The position numbers and the translations under genes were made by a program. A DNA stretch of 63,228 nucleotides, the filler included, from Dugesia japonica (Eukaryota): assembly GCA_001938525.1 (NCBI GenBank). It is 6 parts of 6 records of this genome, joined end to end, with 100 filler letters (N's around TTAATTAATTAA, not from the genome) between each part and the next. Parts side by side here need not be neighbours in the genome. Positions count along the whole stretch, not along the records: positions 19,957 to 28,274 come from MQRL01635419.1; positions 28,375 to 40,338 come from MQRL01631849.1; 4 more parts are not named here. One strand, written 5' to 3'. Position 1 is the first letter of the stretch, and every line of letters starts with the position of its first letter. Below are positions 26,897 through 39,385 of the stretch, piece by piece. The notes under the pieces are model-generated. The model had not been told where the DNA came from. It was given only the letters and a program-made list of their open reading frames with translations, and did not search any database.

Positions 26897-27758
26897 ATAT
26901 AGGCTATACCGGAAATTATATTATTTCATGTGTGATGACGAGGGTTATCTTGTATCTCGTACAATATTGGTCCCGCTAAGTTTTGAAAATATGATTACAT
27001 GTTGAGAAATCGAGAAATGTTACGGAATCCACACATTCATTGGGCTCAAATAGTTCATAGTAATTGTGACAACAGTAATAATATCAGAAATTTAAAAAAT
27101 AACGTGTTTTTTTTTGGGGTATAGCCTATACATTCAAATTCTATTTATCTAATTAGATAGAATACTATATCTGTTGGCATATGATTTATTTTGATATATT
27201 ATAGTTATCATTCTAATTTTTATTTAGTTGAATTATAAATGGTTGAATAAAACTTTGAAAAATAACAATATTAGTAAAGTGTAATCANNNNNNNNNNNNN
27301 NNNNNNNNNNNNNNNNNNNNNNNNNNNNNNNNNNNNNATCCGGCTTGCAGGCCGCGGGTTGTGCACCCCTGATATAGGCTATACCGGAAATTATATTATT
27401 TCATGTGTGATTACGAGGGTTATCTTGTATCTCGTACAATATTGGTTCCGCTAAGTTTTGAAAATATGATTACACGTTGAGAAATCGAGAAATGTTACGG
27501 AATCCACACATTCATTGCGCTCAAATAGTTCATAGTAATTGTGAGAACAGTAATAATATCAGAAATTTAAAAAATAACGTGTTTTTTGGGTATAGCCTAT
27601 ACATTCAAATTCTATTTATCTAATTAGATAGAATACTATATCTGTTGGCATATGCTTTATTTTGATATATTATAGTTATCATTTTAATTTTTATTTAGTT
27701 GAATTATAAATGGTTGAATAAAACTTTGAAAAATAACAATATTAGTAAAGTGTAATCA
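26863..27758 (+). repeat. Near-identical ~420-bp duplication on either side of an N gap (26863-27287 vs 27338-27758)
   Basis: Only a few substitutions or indels, and the copies abut the gap. Probably unmerged haplotype or contig overlap. Confidence 0.85.
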
Positions 27759-29532
27759 ATTAGTATTTTGATTTATAAAACAAATTTATTCTTGGAAAAG
27801 TAAAATCTATTAATATATTTTATTTCACCAATCAAAATGAAGTCCATTTAAAATTTTTATTTGCATCACTTCGGTATTTTACTTTTGATAATTTTTATGT
27901 TTTCCTAATTTTTTTTACTAATATTTAATATTATTTTTATTTATTATGTAACAATGGCTGTCAGCCAACTTTTACAAATTATTTATTTCATTCTTATTTT
28001 ATTTGGAATTGGCAGTTTTTTCATGAAGCTAAACAAAATTTGTAAGACTTTATCGTGTATTAAAAATAGGTCGCAGAAAAAGTATTACGTGTACAAATAT
28101 GACTCCGGCTTTTCTCAGTAAAAAACACGTTTTTTTAAAGGTTTTATTTTAAATAGGTTGCATTTGAAGCTACAAGCTTTGTCCAACGAATAAATTCTGC
28201 GAAAAAAGAATTCAGAATATTTTGAAGCAGTTCAGCTATCTGCAAAATTTCGAAGTTCTTCACCGGAACTGAAANNNNNNNNNNNNNNNNNNNNNNNNNN
28301 NNNNNNNNNNNNNNNNNNTTAATTAATTAANNNNNNNNNNNNNNNNNNNNNNNNNNNNNNNNNNNNNNNNNNNNATTTTACAAGGACGAAGAATTATATT
28401 ACCAAAAGTAAATTTTGCATTTTATTAATCTTTAATCTTCATTAATTATTCTTCATTACTGAAAAACAAATTTTTTATGATCCGAGTACGCCAGAAAACA
28501 AATGATCGAGTTCCCGATTAAATAATCTGAATTACGAAATCGCTTTGGTAAAATNNNNNNNNNNNNNNNNNNNNNNNNNNNNNNNNNNNNNNNNNNNNNN
28601 NNNNNNNNNNNNNNNNNNNNNNNNNNNNNNNNNNNNNNNNNNNNNNNNNNNNNNNNNNNNNNNNNNNNNNNNNNNNNNNNNNNNNNNNNNNNNNNNNNNN
28701 NNNNNNNNNNNNNNNNNNNNNNNNNNNNNNNNNNNNNNNNNNNNNNNNNNNNNNNNNNNNNNNNNNNNNNNNNNNNNNNNNNNNNNNNNNNNNNNNNNNN
28801 NNNNNNNNNNNNNNNNNNNAAAATGATCATACCAGCTGTTGCATAAAAAGAAAAATTAAAGAAAATCAATGTCATAGAAACTTAATGCAATTTGTAAAAA
28901 GATCACAACAGAGGGTGAAAGTGAAAGAGTTAGAGAAATGAATGTTTGAAGTGGAAAATTGCTAGTGAATATCGTTCCGAGAAAGCTGTTGTAAACTGAG
29001 AATTAGTGTGAAAATTTATTCAAAAATTAAATACCTGGGAGCTCGATTATGGCACCAAATTATCACTTAATGAGCCCTTCTTTATGATGCCGTATATGAT
29101 TTTTTATAATTTCATTAAAATATTACATTTTTATATTTATACTGGTTATTCATTTTATTAAATCTATATCTTTTCTATTAGTCGTACAGTTTAATAGAAT
29201 AAGATGAGCTAATTACTACTTTTTGAAGTAATCAAATAATGGATGACCTATCACCAATAAACTTCACTTACGATAGAGTGAATATAGNNNNNTTTTTATG
29301 TATATTTACATTCTAAATTCAACCATTAGTTAGGGAAGTCTTGAGAGGGCTTCCGAGTAGCAAAGACCAGAGAAGCTGGCTGCATTAGTGGACATCCTCT
29401 CTGATCTGTGTTTTAGAAGCGGGGAATCAGAACAGATAGGCTGCATGCCAAAGAGACGGATAATTTATCATTATGCTGTTTTGTTAATTTATCAAATAAG
29501 GATTTATTATTTTAGCTTTTATTTGTTCACAG

Positions 29533-29955
29533 ATGCATAATTTTAAGCCATATGAAAGCAACGAAAGACAGAAAGAGGGCAATAGCGTCTACATAGATGA
29601 GGATGGACTATTCTATGTGAAGTGGTCGGAAGTGCAATCAATGCTGAGACGAGAAATAGAAAATTTTGGAATGGATGTCATGAATGTGCGGGCAAATTGA
29701 TAAACATTCCAGCTTCAAATGACGATCAAGGACACCAACTATCTGCTGTCCGACTATCAAAGGAAATGCGATCAGAGGATTGCTGGGGAAGAGTCCTCGG
29801 TGTTGCCGGATTCTAAAATTAGCTCTACACTGAAAATCACCAACGTACGAACAGTAGTGGAATCAGTGGACGACGAGATAGAAGCCGAGGAGTTTCGGAT
29901 AATTAAACAATTGATGGAACTGCGAGAAATCACCTCTGTGGATTTTTCCGAATAA
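29533..29955 (+). pseudogene. Orphan reading frame of 141 codons with two adjacent in-frame stops
   Basis: MHNFKPYESNERQKEGNSVYIDEDGLFYVKWSEVQSMLRREIENFG...RAN** continues in frame into ORF 29719-29955. Higher GC than the flanks. AATAAA overlaps the stop. Confidence 0.5.
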
Positions 29956-30254
29956 AATAAATGTTTATAGTGTTGAGATGTGGTCACTTCCTTTTGTTTG
30001 GCGATAGTAATGTGATATATATGTCACATTGCCGAATTATTTTGATTTTTTTAATGATTATGAGCTGCAGAGGCGACGAGGGATTTAGTGACAATTTTAA
30101 ATTAATTTAAGTAAATAAGAATTTTGCTTTTATTCCTAGAAGTGTTGGAGAGTATAATCCATGTGTCTAAAATTAATTGGTAATAACTTGGATGATAATT
30201 ATCTTAATAAATTTTTTTTATTATTATGCGTTTATCATTGTAAGATTATTTTAG

Positions 30255-30578
30255 TGAATAAATCGAATGTGACCACGGAAACCAAAAAGGAACTATTGAC
30301 CGCGCAGAGGCGATGTAAGAAGGAACGAAAAGAGTTAAAAAAATGAAATTCTGAGCCTGAAGGGACAGGTGATGAAGTCCGCAGCGAAATACAACCAGAT
30401 TAAAGAAAAAGAGCTGTCCCTTCAGCACGCGAATAGGTTCATGGCGGACGTCATCAAGACATACACCGACAGAGAAAGTTCCATATTTGTCTCTTTATGG
30501 ACGCTATTGTTGAATTATCGCACGACAGCAGATGAAACGGTTGGAGAAACTACTACCGTGAATTAAGATGCAGATTAG
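30255..30578 (+). pseudogene. Orphan coiled-coil gene family A, copy 1 (terminal exon, frameshifted)
   Basis: Acceptor TTTTAG|TG at 30255, then NKSNVTTETKKELLTAQRRCKKERKELK/NEILSLKGQVMKSAAKYNQIKEKELSLQHANRFM. Frameshift in the A-run near 30340. Collinear with 32681-32952. Confidence 0.7.
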
Positions 30579-30652
30579 ATGAATCTACGAGACCTGTCAA
30601 TAGGAAAATAAATGTTAATAATAATTTTTTTTTAAATTATGGTGTAAAATTT

Positions 30653-30812
30653 TTACTGAGCATAATAAGAGTTATTGCTGTCAGGGTTCAGAAAATCTAG
30701 TGAGTAAGACGCGATACCACAAAGTCGCACTGAACCCGTGGAAAAGAGGGCTATGTCACAGAGGTGAGACAAAGGCTTATGGTTTTTAGGTATGCCCCTA
30801 GATTGGTCGATG
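30653..30812 (+). other. Conserved structured non-coding module, copy 1
   Basis: Inverted paralogue of 32388-32547. Contains GGGTTCAG/CTGAACCC, GCGA/TCGC and TCAC-AGAG-GTGA stems. Confidence 0.75.
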
Positions 30813-30905
30813 AAATTTTAAATAGGCAAATGAAACTGGAAAGAGAAGAGAATAANNNNNNNNNNNNNNNNNNNNNNNNNNNNNNNNNNNNNNNNNNNNN
30901 NNNNN

Positions 30906-30938
<33 letters not shown>

Positions 30939-30975
30939 GTTATTATTATTATTATTGTTATTATTATTATTATTT
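30906..30975. repeat. (ATT)n microsatellite
   Basis: Near-perfect ATT run next to an N gap. Confidence 0.97.
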
Positions 30976-32387
30976 TATTTATATATGTTTTACAATTTAA
31001 TTAAATTTTTTATTCAATTAAATTTTGTGGAGCTTGATTATTTAACTTGGATAAATTTTTGAAAAATGGCAAAATAAGTATTGAGTTTATTATCAAATAT
31101 TTTAATCATATCAATCATATTAATTAATTACTATTACTAAAAAAATTTTACCAATTAATTTGAAATATTAAATGTATACTTTCAATTAAATCAGCAAAAT
31201 TACTAAAATTATCATTTTTATTCGAATATTAAATTTTTGTTTAAATTAACGTCAATGTCTTTGTAACATTTATTATGTAAACATTTCAATCTAATCATTA
31301 AGATGGATATATTCCTTATATATTTTTTAATACTTTATCATATAAACAAAATTAATCCCTAACCCATAAAACTATAATAAATTTAAATAATGAAAGCATA
31401 ATTTCTTAATGAAACTATTCATTAAATTGTAAATTAAATATATTGTTTGATTTTTTTCAAATAAATGTATTTAATAGTCTGTTTCAATTTAAATAAAATT
31501 TTATAATTAAAGATGAGAATATTATTTTTTTCCTATTAATTATCAGCATTTCCCCTGATTTTGATATTTAATAAATTTTAGTGTGAACGGCTCAAGTTGA
31601 CCGTGAGCAATTCTATCTGGTTTACATTGTAAAATGAAAGGAAATCTTCGTTAATGTATTACAATATTTTTTGTTTCAAACAAAAATTCAACTGTTAACT
31701 TGATCACGTTAAATTTTTTCCTTTCAACACAATGTTGGGTTTCATATTTCTACAACATGCTACGGGAAACGGTCAATGTGTTTGCTAAATTTTGCCATTT
31801 CAATTGATGCTCAATTGAAATTATTACCGGAAACACTGCTGGTCAAATTGGGTGTTTTTTTTTCTCGTTTAAATAAAGGTTACTTTAGAGATAGAAAATT
31901 CCCGTGAACTTTAACATGTACAATTTTTTTTAAATATTTCATGTTTAATTTTGATTCATTAATAATTACATAAATGGAATACTTTTCTTTTTTTTATTAT
32001 GTACAATATAAAATAAAGAAAGAAATGATTTTTTGAAATAATATTGAAATATATTGGTTTGTTAAAATTTTTTTTTATCTATTTGAAATTTTAATTACTT
32101 AAATTTTGCTATTATTCAAAATGTTTAAATTGGATTATTTCGAATTAAAATGATTTTAAAAGAAGTGAAATAATAATTATAAAAAACTCGAAATTGACAG
32201 TGTGATTATTAAATTACCTGAATAATAGCTATATAAACTAGAAGTGTTATAAAAAGAAATTTATAAAAAATAACATTTATTTAAAATAACATAAATTATA
32301 TATATGTTGGGTTTTTAGGATTTGATGTTTTAAATTTTATCTACAAATTTTCTGATAACACTTTTAATAATTAATAATTAATAAATC

Positions 32388-32547
32388 CATCGATGTATCT
32401 AGGGGCATACCTAAAAACCACAAGTATTTATGTCACCTCTGTGACATGCCCCTCTCTTACCACGGGTTCAGCGCGACTTTGCGGTATCGCGTCTTACTCA
32501 TTGGAATTCTGAACTCAGACAGCAATAACTCTCACATGCTCAGTAAT
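32388..32547 (-). other. Conserved structured non-coding module, copy 2
   Basis: The minus strand has GAGTTCAG...CTGAACCC, CGCGA...TCGCG, and AGGGGCAT...ATGCCCCT enclosing a TGTCAC-AGAG-GTGACA hairpin. Confidence 0.75.
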
Positions 32548-32680
32548 TCATGGTACTATTGGCTTTAGTTACAATTATGTTGACATTAAGCATTAATTCA
32601 CAAAATGCTAAGCAAATTACGACCAGAAAAATATCAAAATAATTCAACTAATGGTAGCTAACATTTATTTATGCAATATA

Positions 32681-32952
32681 CTAAGAGTCCAAATCCACAG
32701 GTACGCCATTCTCCTCAACCTCCGCCGGCGTGGATCGGTAGTTCAACGTAGCATACGTTTTTACCATGAGTCTATTAGCGAGTTGCAGTGACAGTTCCTT
32801 CTCTTTGAGTTGATCATATTTAGCAGTCGGTTTCACCATCTGCTCCTTCAATCTTAATACTTCGTTTCGGAGTTCCCTACGATTCTCCTTCCATCGACTC
32901 TGCATTGTGAGCACCTTCTTTCATGGTATAGTTTCTTCATTAATTTTATTCA
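32681..32952 (-). pseudogene. Orphan coiled-coil gene family A, copy 2
   Basis: Acceptor TTTCAG|TG at 32952, then NKINEETIP*KKVLTMQSRWKENRRELRNEVLRLKEQMVKPTAKYDQLKEKELSLQLANRLM. Homologous to 30255-30578. Confidence 0.7.
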
Positions 32953-33229
32953 CTGAAATATTAAAGTCAATTATAATTATCACAACAAAATTCAAGGTTA
33001 TATACATAAATTTGATTTAAAATCATTCTAAATATGGTATCTTAATATTGTATTTAAATATTGTATTTAAATAAAAATCAACTGAATTACGATATTGCTT
33101 CTGCAATCCCCCAAGACAAATAGTTCAAAATTGTGACATACATATCACTTCACGCCTCAACCCAACGAACTAAAATTTAATTATTATAAATTACATTGAT
33201 ATAATGTTTATCTTTTTTTAATTAATAAT

Positions 33230-34620
33230 TGTTCATGTTTCTTCCAGTGAGGTGTGGAAATGTACCCTGTTGCTAGTGTTTTCATGTTATATGATGTTGC
33301 TCTGATGAAATTTTATGTTTGTATGTTGAAAATGTTTTAACACTGAACTTTCTTTTTTCTTGAGATTTCCTTAATTCTAGTTTGAATGGTTCTGCATGTT
33401 TCTTTACAAATGGTTCATGTTATTTTATAAGTGATATTTTGCTTATGGCATATATTTCTATGATAATAAATACATTTGGGACTACAAAAGCCTTGTTGTG
33501 GTTTCTGCAATTAGATGACCAACAGTTTTTGTTTTGAATATTATCATTGGATCGTGCTTGAGTTTAGAATTTTTTTTATTTTGCATAGTTTGGCTACATT
33601 TCTCATTGATAAAAGATAATTTAATTACTTTGTTTGTTTTAAGTTTGATTTTATTAAATTTTCTATTGGAAGATAAATATTTTGATATAATTTTATTTGG
33701 AAATTTGTTATTTAAGAATTGATTTTTATTAACTTCAGAAAAATCAATTTCATTTCTTCATTTGAAGATAATTTCTCAGCTCTTATTCTTTTACCAATTT
33801 TTTGCGGGAAGATAGTATTATTACTCCAAGGTAATACATGTCCACTGTGAAATCGTTTCATATATAATTGAAATATTTTGGATTTAAGTATCAAGAAAAT
33901 GAATCTAAAAGTCATTTGACTCCTCTAAAGTTAATTGCATATTATTGGCTAATTCAAAAATGTTCTCTAAAGGCGAATTAATAACAAAGAAAATATCGTC
34001 TATGTATCTAAATTTTCTTGTTTGCTTTAAGAATCATTGAATTTTCAATAAAATTCATGAAAATTATCATTAGAATTGGAAATAAATTGTTACCCATTGC
34101 AAGACCACCTTTTTGTTCAAAAGTTTGTTAATCGATAAAAGTGCTATCAGAGAAGAGACACAAATTAATAAGACATTTGAAATCATTTTTAATGATCTCC
34201 TGAATATCTGTATGTTCTTTATATCTTTCATTTTCAGGTACTTAAATGGGAATTGATCCATATCGATTTGTTACATCTACTAATTCATCATCACTCTTCC
34301 AGTTATAATTTTTGATTCGTTTGATAAATTCGTAGCTATTCTTTCAATGTGCCGGAAAGAAACTTAATAGTGATTTTAATATATCTATCATGAGTTGAAA
34401 TAATACAGTTGAAAGAGTTTCGGAAGTATTGACAATAGATTTTCCTTTGAATGGTTTAGGAAAATAGTACATTTTACTGTTAAAAGTAAAGATTTTATTG
34501 GGTCTTCATATTTTTCCTCTATTTGAATTAATAGTTTATTAAATTTAATTTCATCTATAGTTGGTAGTCGTTTGTGTGCTGTTGTTTCATAATTGAAAAG
34601 CATATATAGAAAAGCATTAG
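33230..34620 (-). mobile_element. Decayed Penelope-like retroelement (RT and possible C-terminal nuclease region)
   Basis: Minus-strand GLAMG (~34095), RYIDDI (~34000) and a PLE-like thumb segment FL(D)LKSKIFQLYMKRFHSGHVLPWS. Heavily disrupted; boundaries approximate. Confidence 0.7.
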
Positions 34621-34789
34621 GAATTCAATTGAGCTTAAAGTCAAATTAAAATAAAAATAATTTTTCCATAGAAAAAGAGAACTATTAAATTAAAATAAGT
34701 TTATGACAATAATTTCTGAATTCAAAAGTTACATGTGTGCTTAAAGGAAATGAACCAACTGATACTGAATACAAGACTCACAGTTTAGT

Positions 34790-37700
34790 CTACTTAACAT
34801 ATCAGAATTACTATGAAGAACACCTTTCTGATATTCTAAAATTATGTCTAAACTACTTAAAAAGTTTATCCACGTCTGAAACTATGCAGTGATTGCCTCT
34901 TTTTATTCAACATAAATGTAATAGCTTTAAAATCTGGCCTTAAAACAAATCTTCTACCATACAAATAATGATTAAAATGAATGCAAAAATAACAGCACTA
35001 CCAGCAGTAGTGCAATAACCCCTCTCGTATTCGAAATCGAATGCGAACCGTAGGCAATCACCATTTCCTTTCCATCCTTACCTAGCTGTGCTCCACTGCT
35101 CCAATTGGGTCGAAACTTGAGTCCGTTCATGATAAATTCTTTCTCCAAATCTGGGAAACCTAAAATTGGCGTAGATGTTAAAGCCATCTTGAGTCCTTCA
35201 AAGATTTCTGTCAATTCTTCTGACAATATTAATTTTGTGTTTCCTGATCAACTGCAAAACTGCTCCAATTTTCTAGCCTTCTCCATATATTCTTTGATAA
35301 ACTTCCTGTAGTAGTTGCAAATGCCTAAAAAAACTACGGAGTCTCTTAACACACTAAGGTTTTTCAAACGACTTAATCACTTCTATCTTAGCTGGATCCG
35401 TCTTAATAATATGTCCTCTGATAATATGTTCTAAATGTTTTATCTCTTTTTGTAAGAAAAACATTTTTCTGAAATTATTCACAAACCCGTTTAAAAAATC
35501 TTTGTCAATATCTTTTTAATCATTTGATAATGTACCTTCTTATTCTTTGAAAATATCAATATATCGTCAATACTCCTTCTAGTCCTCCAATTACTTTCAC
35601 CATCATTTCTTGAATCGTCCCTAGAGCTGCCGCTATGCCAAAAGGCACCCTATTAAAGCAATATTGACTTTACTTTTTGAAAAAGCTGTGTTTTTACAAT
35701 GTGACTCTGTCTCTAATTCTACTTAGTAATACCCAAGTCAATTGAACTAAAATAAGCTCCTCAATCCAGAGTATCTAACATTTCTTCAATATTTGGCATA
35801 TGAAATGCTTGCCGTTATATTATCGCATTCAACCTCCTGAAGTCTAAACACAATCTTATATTCTTTATATTCTTCTTCCAAATACAAACTAATGAAGTGT
35901 TCCATGGCAAATTGCATTTTCTAATGATAACGTTCTCAAACAAATTTCTGATGGCCTCATCAACTTTTCCTTCCATATTCATAGGCTGTCTATATGGTTT
36001 CATATTAATTGGACCACCTTTCATCACGATTCTATGCTTAACCACATACATTTTCCCTACATCCCACTAATTCGGCATAAATACAGTCACTTTGTTCCTG
36101 TATATCTCTTCCAACCACATATTCCCACTCCAATTTATACTGTTATATACTTTTTCAGACATTTGCTTTCACTAACCTGCCTGCCAAAATTTGCCTCTAA
36201 ATTACGAATATAGTTTATTCCTTCACTTCCTATTTGGATATGTTCTTTTTAAATCAAATAAAACCCAAAAGTATCTAAAAATTCCATTCCTCCTATCGTA
36301 CTTGGAGAAACTCGACTCACCACTACAAAAGTTACCCACTTGGTCTTATCACCTAACTCAACTTCTAACTTTGCCCTCAGCTGTTTCCAACTCACTGTCA
36401 TTCACGCAATGCAATTTTACCACACACTCCTCTAACTGCTTAATTCCTAATTTTTTTCAACAGTCTAAATTTACATTTATTCTTGCACCAGTATCAAGAA
36501 GACACTTCTTCCTCTTTCCATTTATTTGTACACTCAATGGTTGCTCATTTTCTTCCAAAGCATTTATTGAATCCGAAATCACTTACTTCTTGAACGACTT
36601 TCCTCTCATAAATCTAAAAGCTTTCTCACCTATCATTTACACATCTTCCAAACTTTCCACCTCCTGAAGATATTATGTAGAACTGTCCTTTAATATATGG
36701 CTCCAACTAGCTCCTCTACTGTGGAAGCCCTCTCTTTTGGGTAAAATTTCTTTTTTCCAAACTTTTTAAGTCCTCCTCTTCATTCTGACTTATTTCTTCC
36801 TCCAGTGCATTCAATAGTCTATATCTATTATCTCGAGTCCTCCATCTAAAAATGTCTCTCATCTGATCTTCGATTAACATGATGAGTTCTATCGAGTGCT
36901 ATATCATAATTTCCTTTATTTTCGTATCTGCTCATACATTTCTTTCACTCCCGACTAATATGACCCCTTCGCCTTCACCGAAAATATTGTACCTGCTGTC
37001 TCACTGGACAGTTTCTACTGACATGTCCTTCTAATATAGATGTCAAATATTTTATTGCCCGTCTTTAAGGACAATCCCACTTTATATGACCTACTCTATT
37101 GCATTCCCAACCCACCCCAACAGACCACATTAGCGAAATTTTGCACCACATTAACTGAACCCTCCCTGTTCTCTACTTTATCTAATAATCTCATGGTTTC
37201 CTTAATATCTTCCACGTTTTCCACTTTGCGTAATAGAATTTTTTCTCTTTTAATCCCTGAACTTTGCTGGAAATTTTTATCGCGAAAATTCTTTTTTGAA
37301 AACAAATTGCTTGCTACTTCCTCTACCTTATTCATATAAATTTCAATATCTTCATTATCACATCTATATTCTAAAGCATTTTGGATATCTTTTAAAACAC
37401 TCCGCTTCTTATCAAATTCTAATCTTAGGCGATCCTGAAAACCATATACTTTTTTAAAAGTTTTAATATATTTTCCAATAATAACTTCATCAATCAAACA
37501 AATAACTAACCTTCCTGGCTCCTTCTTATTTAAGATACCCTTTACTTCAAAGTATATCTCACATTTTTTAATAAACTTTTCGAAGTCATCATTTCACCGA
37601 AAAATGTCTGGTAGCATCCTATTTGTAAGAGCATCGGTGTTAATCCCTACCACCATGTTAGGAGTAATATCAACAACAGCATTATTATTCGTTTCTAAAA

Positions 37701-37870
37701 GTTTATTCATGATAAATACAATAGATCTTCTCTTCTTAAAAAATTTCTTGATTCTGAATACTAAAATCCTGAAAAAATTCTAAATTACAAAATTATAAAA
37801 ATAAAAGATGGCTAAACGATGATTGCAATATGTTAAAAGAGACTAAAATGAAATAAAAGATGGCTAAAAT
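34790..37870 (-). mobile_element. Decayed Ty3/Gypsy element (5' LTR, gag, protease, RT, RNase H; integrase and 3' LTR missing)
   Basis: LTR end ...TAACA followed by PBS-like TGGTGGTAGGG at 37655. Gag knuckle remnant GHVSRNCP (~37020), protease LLDTGA (~36495), RT RLCLDFRRLN (~35840), RNase H IAYGSH (~35050). Outer LTR boundary not determined. Confidence 0.9.
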
Positions 37871-39129
37871 TAACTAAATGATTACTAAAAATGGACAAAA
37901 TGTAATTTTAATTTAATTTTAAGTAAATTTTTAATTGAAATATAAGAACATTACTATATAAATGAATTAAAAGATGTCTAAAGGTTCTATTTTTAATTGT
38001 CAGAATATGGTTAAGGTTCCATTAAATTTGACAAAAAAATCTGATAAATGATGACTAAAATGTGTTATATGTCTGATGAAAGATGAAAAGACTTGTCTTA
38101 TATATTCTAATTAATTAATTAAATCAAAATAAAGGCGCAATCATCGATAATTATTTCTATTAATGTGCGATTTACAGTTGTACTAAGAATACCGTATTAT
38201 CAACTAACGCGCGCAATAATCGTGTGAATGCAATCAGTAATCGCCCACCAATGGCTGCCCAAGATCTGATTATGCTAGCATACAGGATTAATTCTTTATT
38301 GCGGGCATAAGACTCGATCATTCGCCGTGTATATCAGTTATTCATCGCATATGCACATATAGACATAATTAATTCAATGAAGGTAAACTATATGCTTGAT
38401 TGATTGAACGAGAACCCATATGACAGAATGTTTGTAATATGCACAATCGCTGCAGCGAAAATGTGGAAGGTTCACTTTTATTAAGTAAATTAATTATTTC
38501 AAAAAATTCTATTAATTAATTATAAAAAAAATTAATAAGTAATTAAATAAAAATTAAGTCAAAATTCAAATTTAAAAATTGTGCCAAATTCAAAACAAAC
38601 AATTTAATTAATTTTTTTTCTTATACAGGTAATATGAAAGATGAAAACCCGAACTAAAGGAATACGATCATGTACACAAACTACGGGTTGCGAGTCACTG
38701 GCTCTATTCCAAAGATCTAGCTCAAGGACACTAGATTTAATTCTTTTTAGGATTTTACTAAGTCATCTTACCCTATGAAATCCAATAAAATTGAGCTGCC
38801 TAAAAGGAACCCCAACAAATTTAAAATTTTTTCCACTGGTAATTTGTACTACATAAGGATAAACTAAAAATGACTAATTTATTTTTCAGGTTGTTTGTGT
38901 CAGTAGTTATATGTTTGTTCTATTTGTTTATTATTTTTAATTCTGTCCTCAAAAGAATAAATTTGTCAAAAATAAAAACATTTCGCAAATTTATATTTTG
39001 ATTCATATCTGTAACAAATTTACAGAAATGAAGAAGCAACAAAAATTATCTTTATTATTAAATTCAAAAATATTTTTTATTTAGAAATAAAATTAAAGTG
39101 CACTATTAAAGACTATAAAAATTTTTTAC

Positions 39130-39385
39130 AATTAGAATTATTGTGAGAATAATTGTTGGACTTAACAATTGATCGTATTTGAGATTTCATTAAATTAAAA
39201 GCTTCGATCAAAATATTGATTTTCTTTTATTATATTTCGAATTTTCGACTTCGCATTCGTCAGAAATTTACTTTTTTAAAAGTCAATTCCTGACGAGGAC
39301 AAAGTCAAAAATTCGAAATATTATTATGAACTATAAAACAATATAGAAAAAAGAAAATGATGAAAGCTTTTAATTTAATGAAATT
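39130..39385. mobile_element. Second full copy of the palindromic hammerhead repeat
   Basis: Same left segment (ACAATT...GAGAATAATTGTTGGAC...AAGCTTCGATCAAAA) and inverted arms. CTGACGA at 39290-39296 (+) and at ~39257-39263 (-). Confidence 0.8.

Noticed and set aside
26863-27758. Apparent tandem segmental duplication
   Set aside because: Near-identical copies abut an N gap; most likely an assembly or haplotype artefact.
30764-31000. ORF with a poly-Tyr tract
   Set aside because: Translation of an N gap and an (ATT)n microsatellite.
32460-32505. SECIS-like AUGA...AAA...GA in the structured module (minus strand)
   Set aside because: AUGA-to-AA spacing is about 17 nt rather than 10-12, helix II does not form, and the other copy has GUGA.
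36191-37339. Plus-strand ORFs of 158 and 99 aa
   Set aside because: Antisense to the gag/protease of the minus-strand Gypsy element.
38071-38095. CTGATGA...GAAA hammerhead-like string
   Set aside because: No stem II can form between the core boxes.
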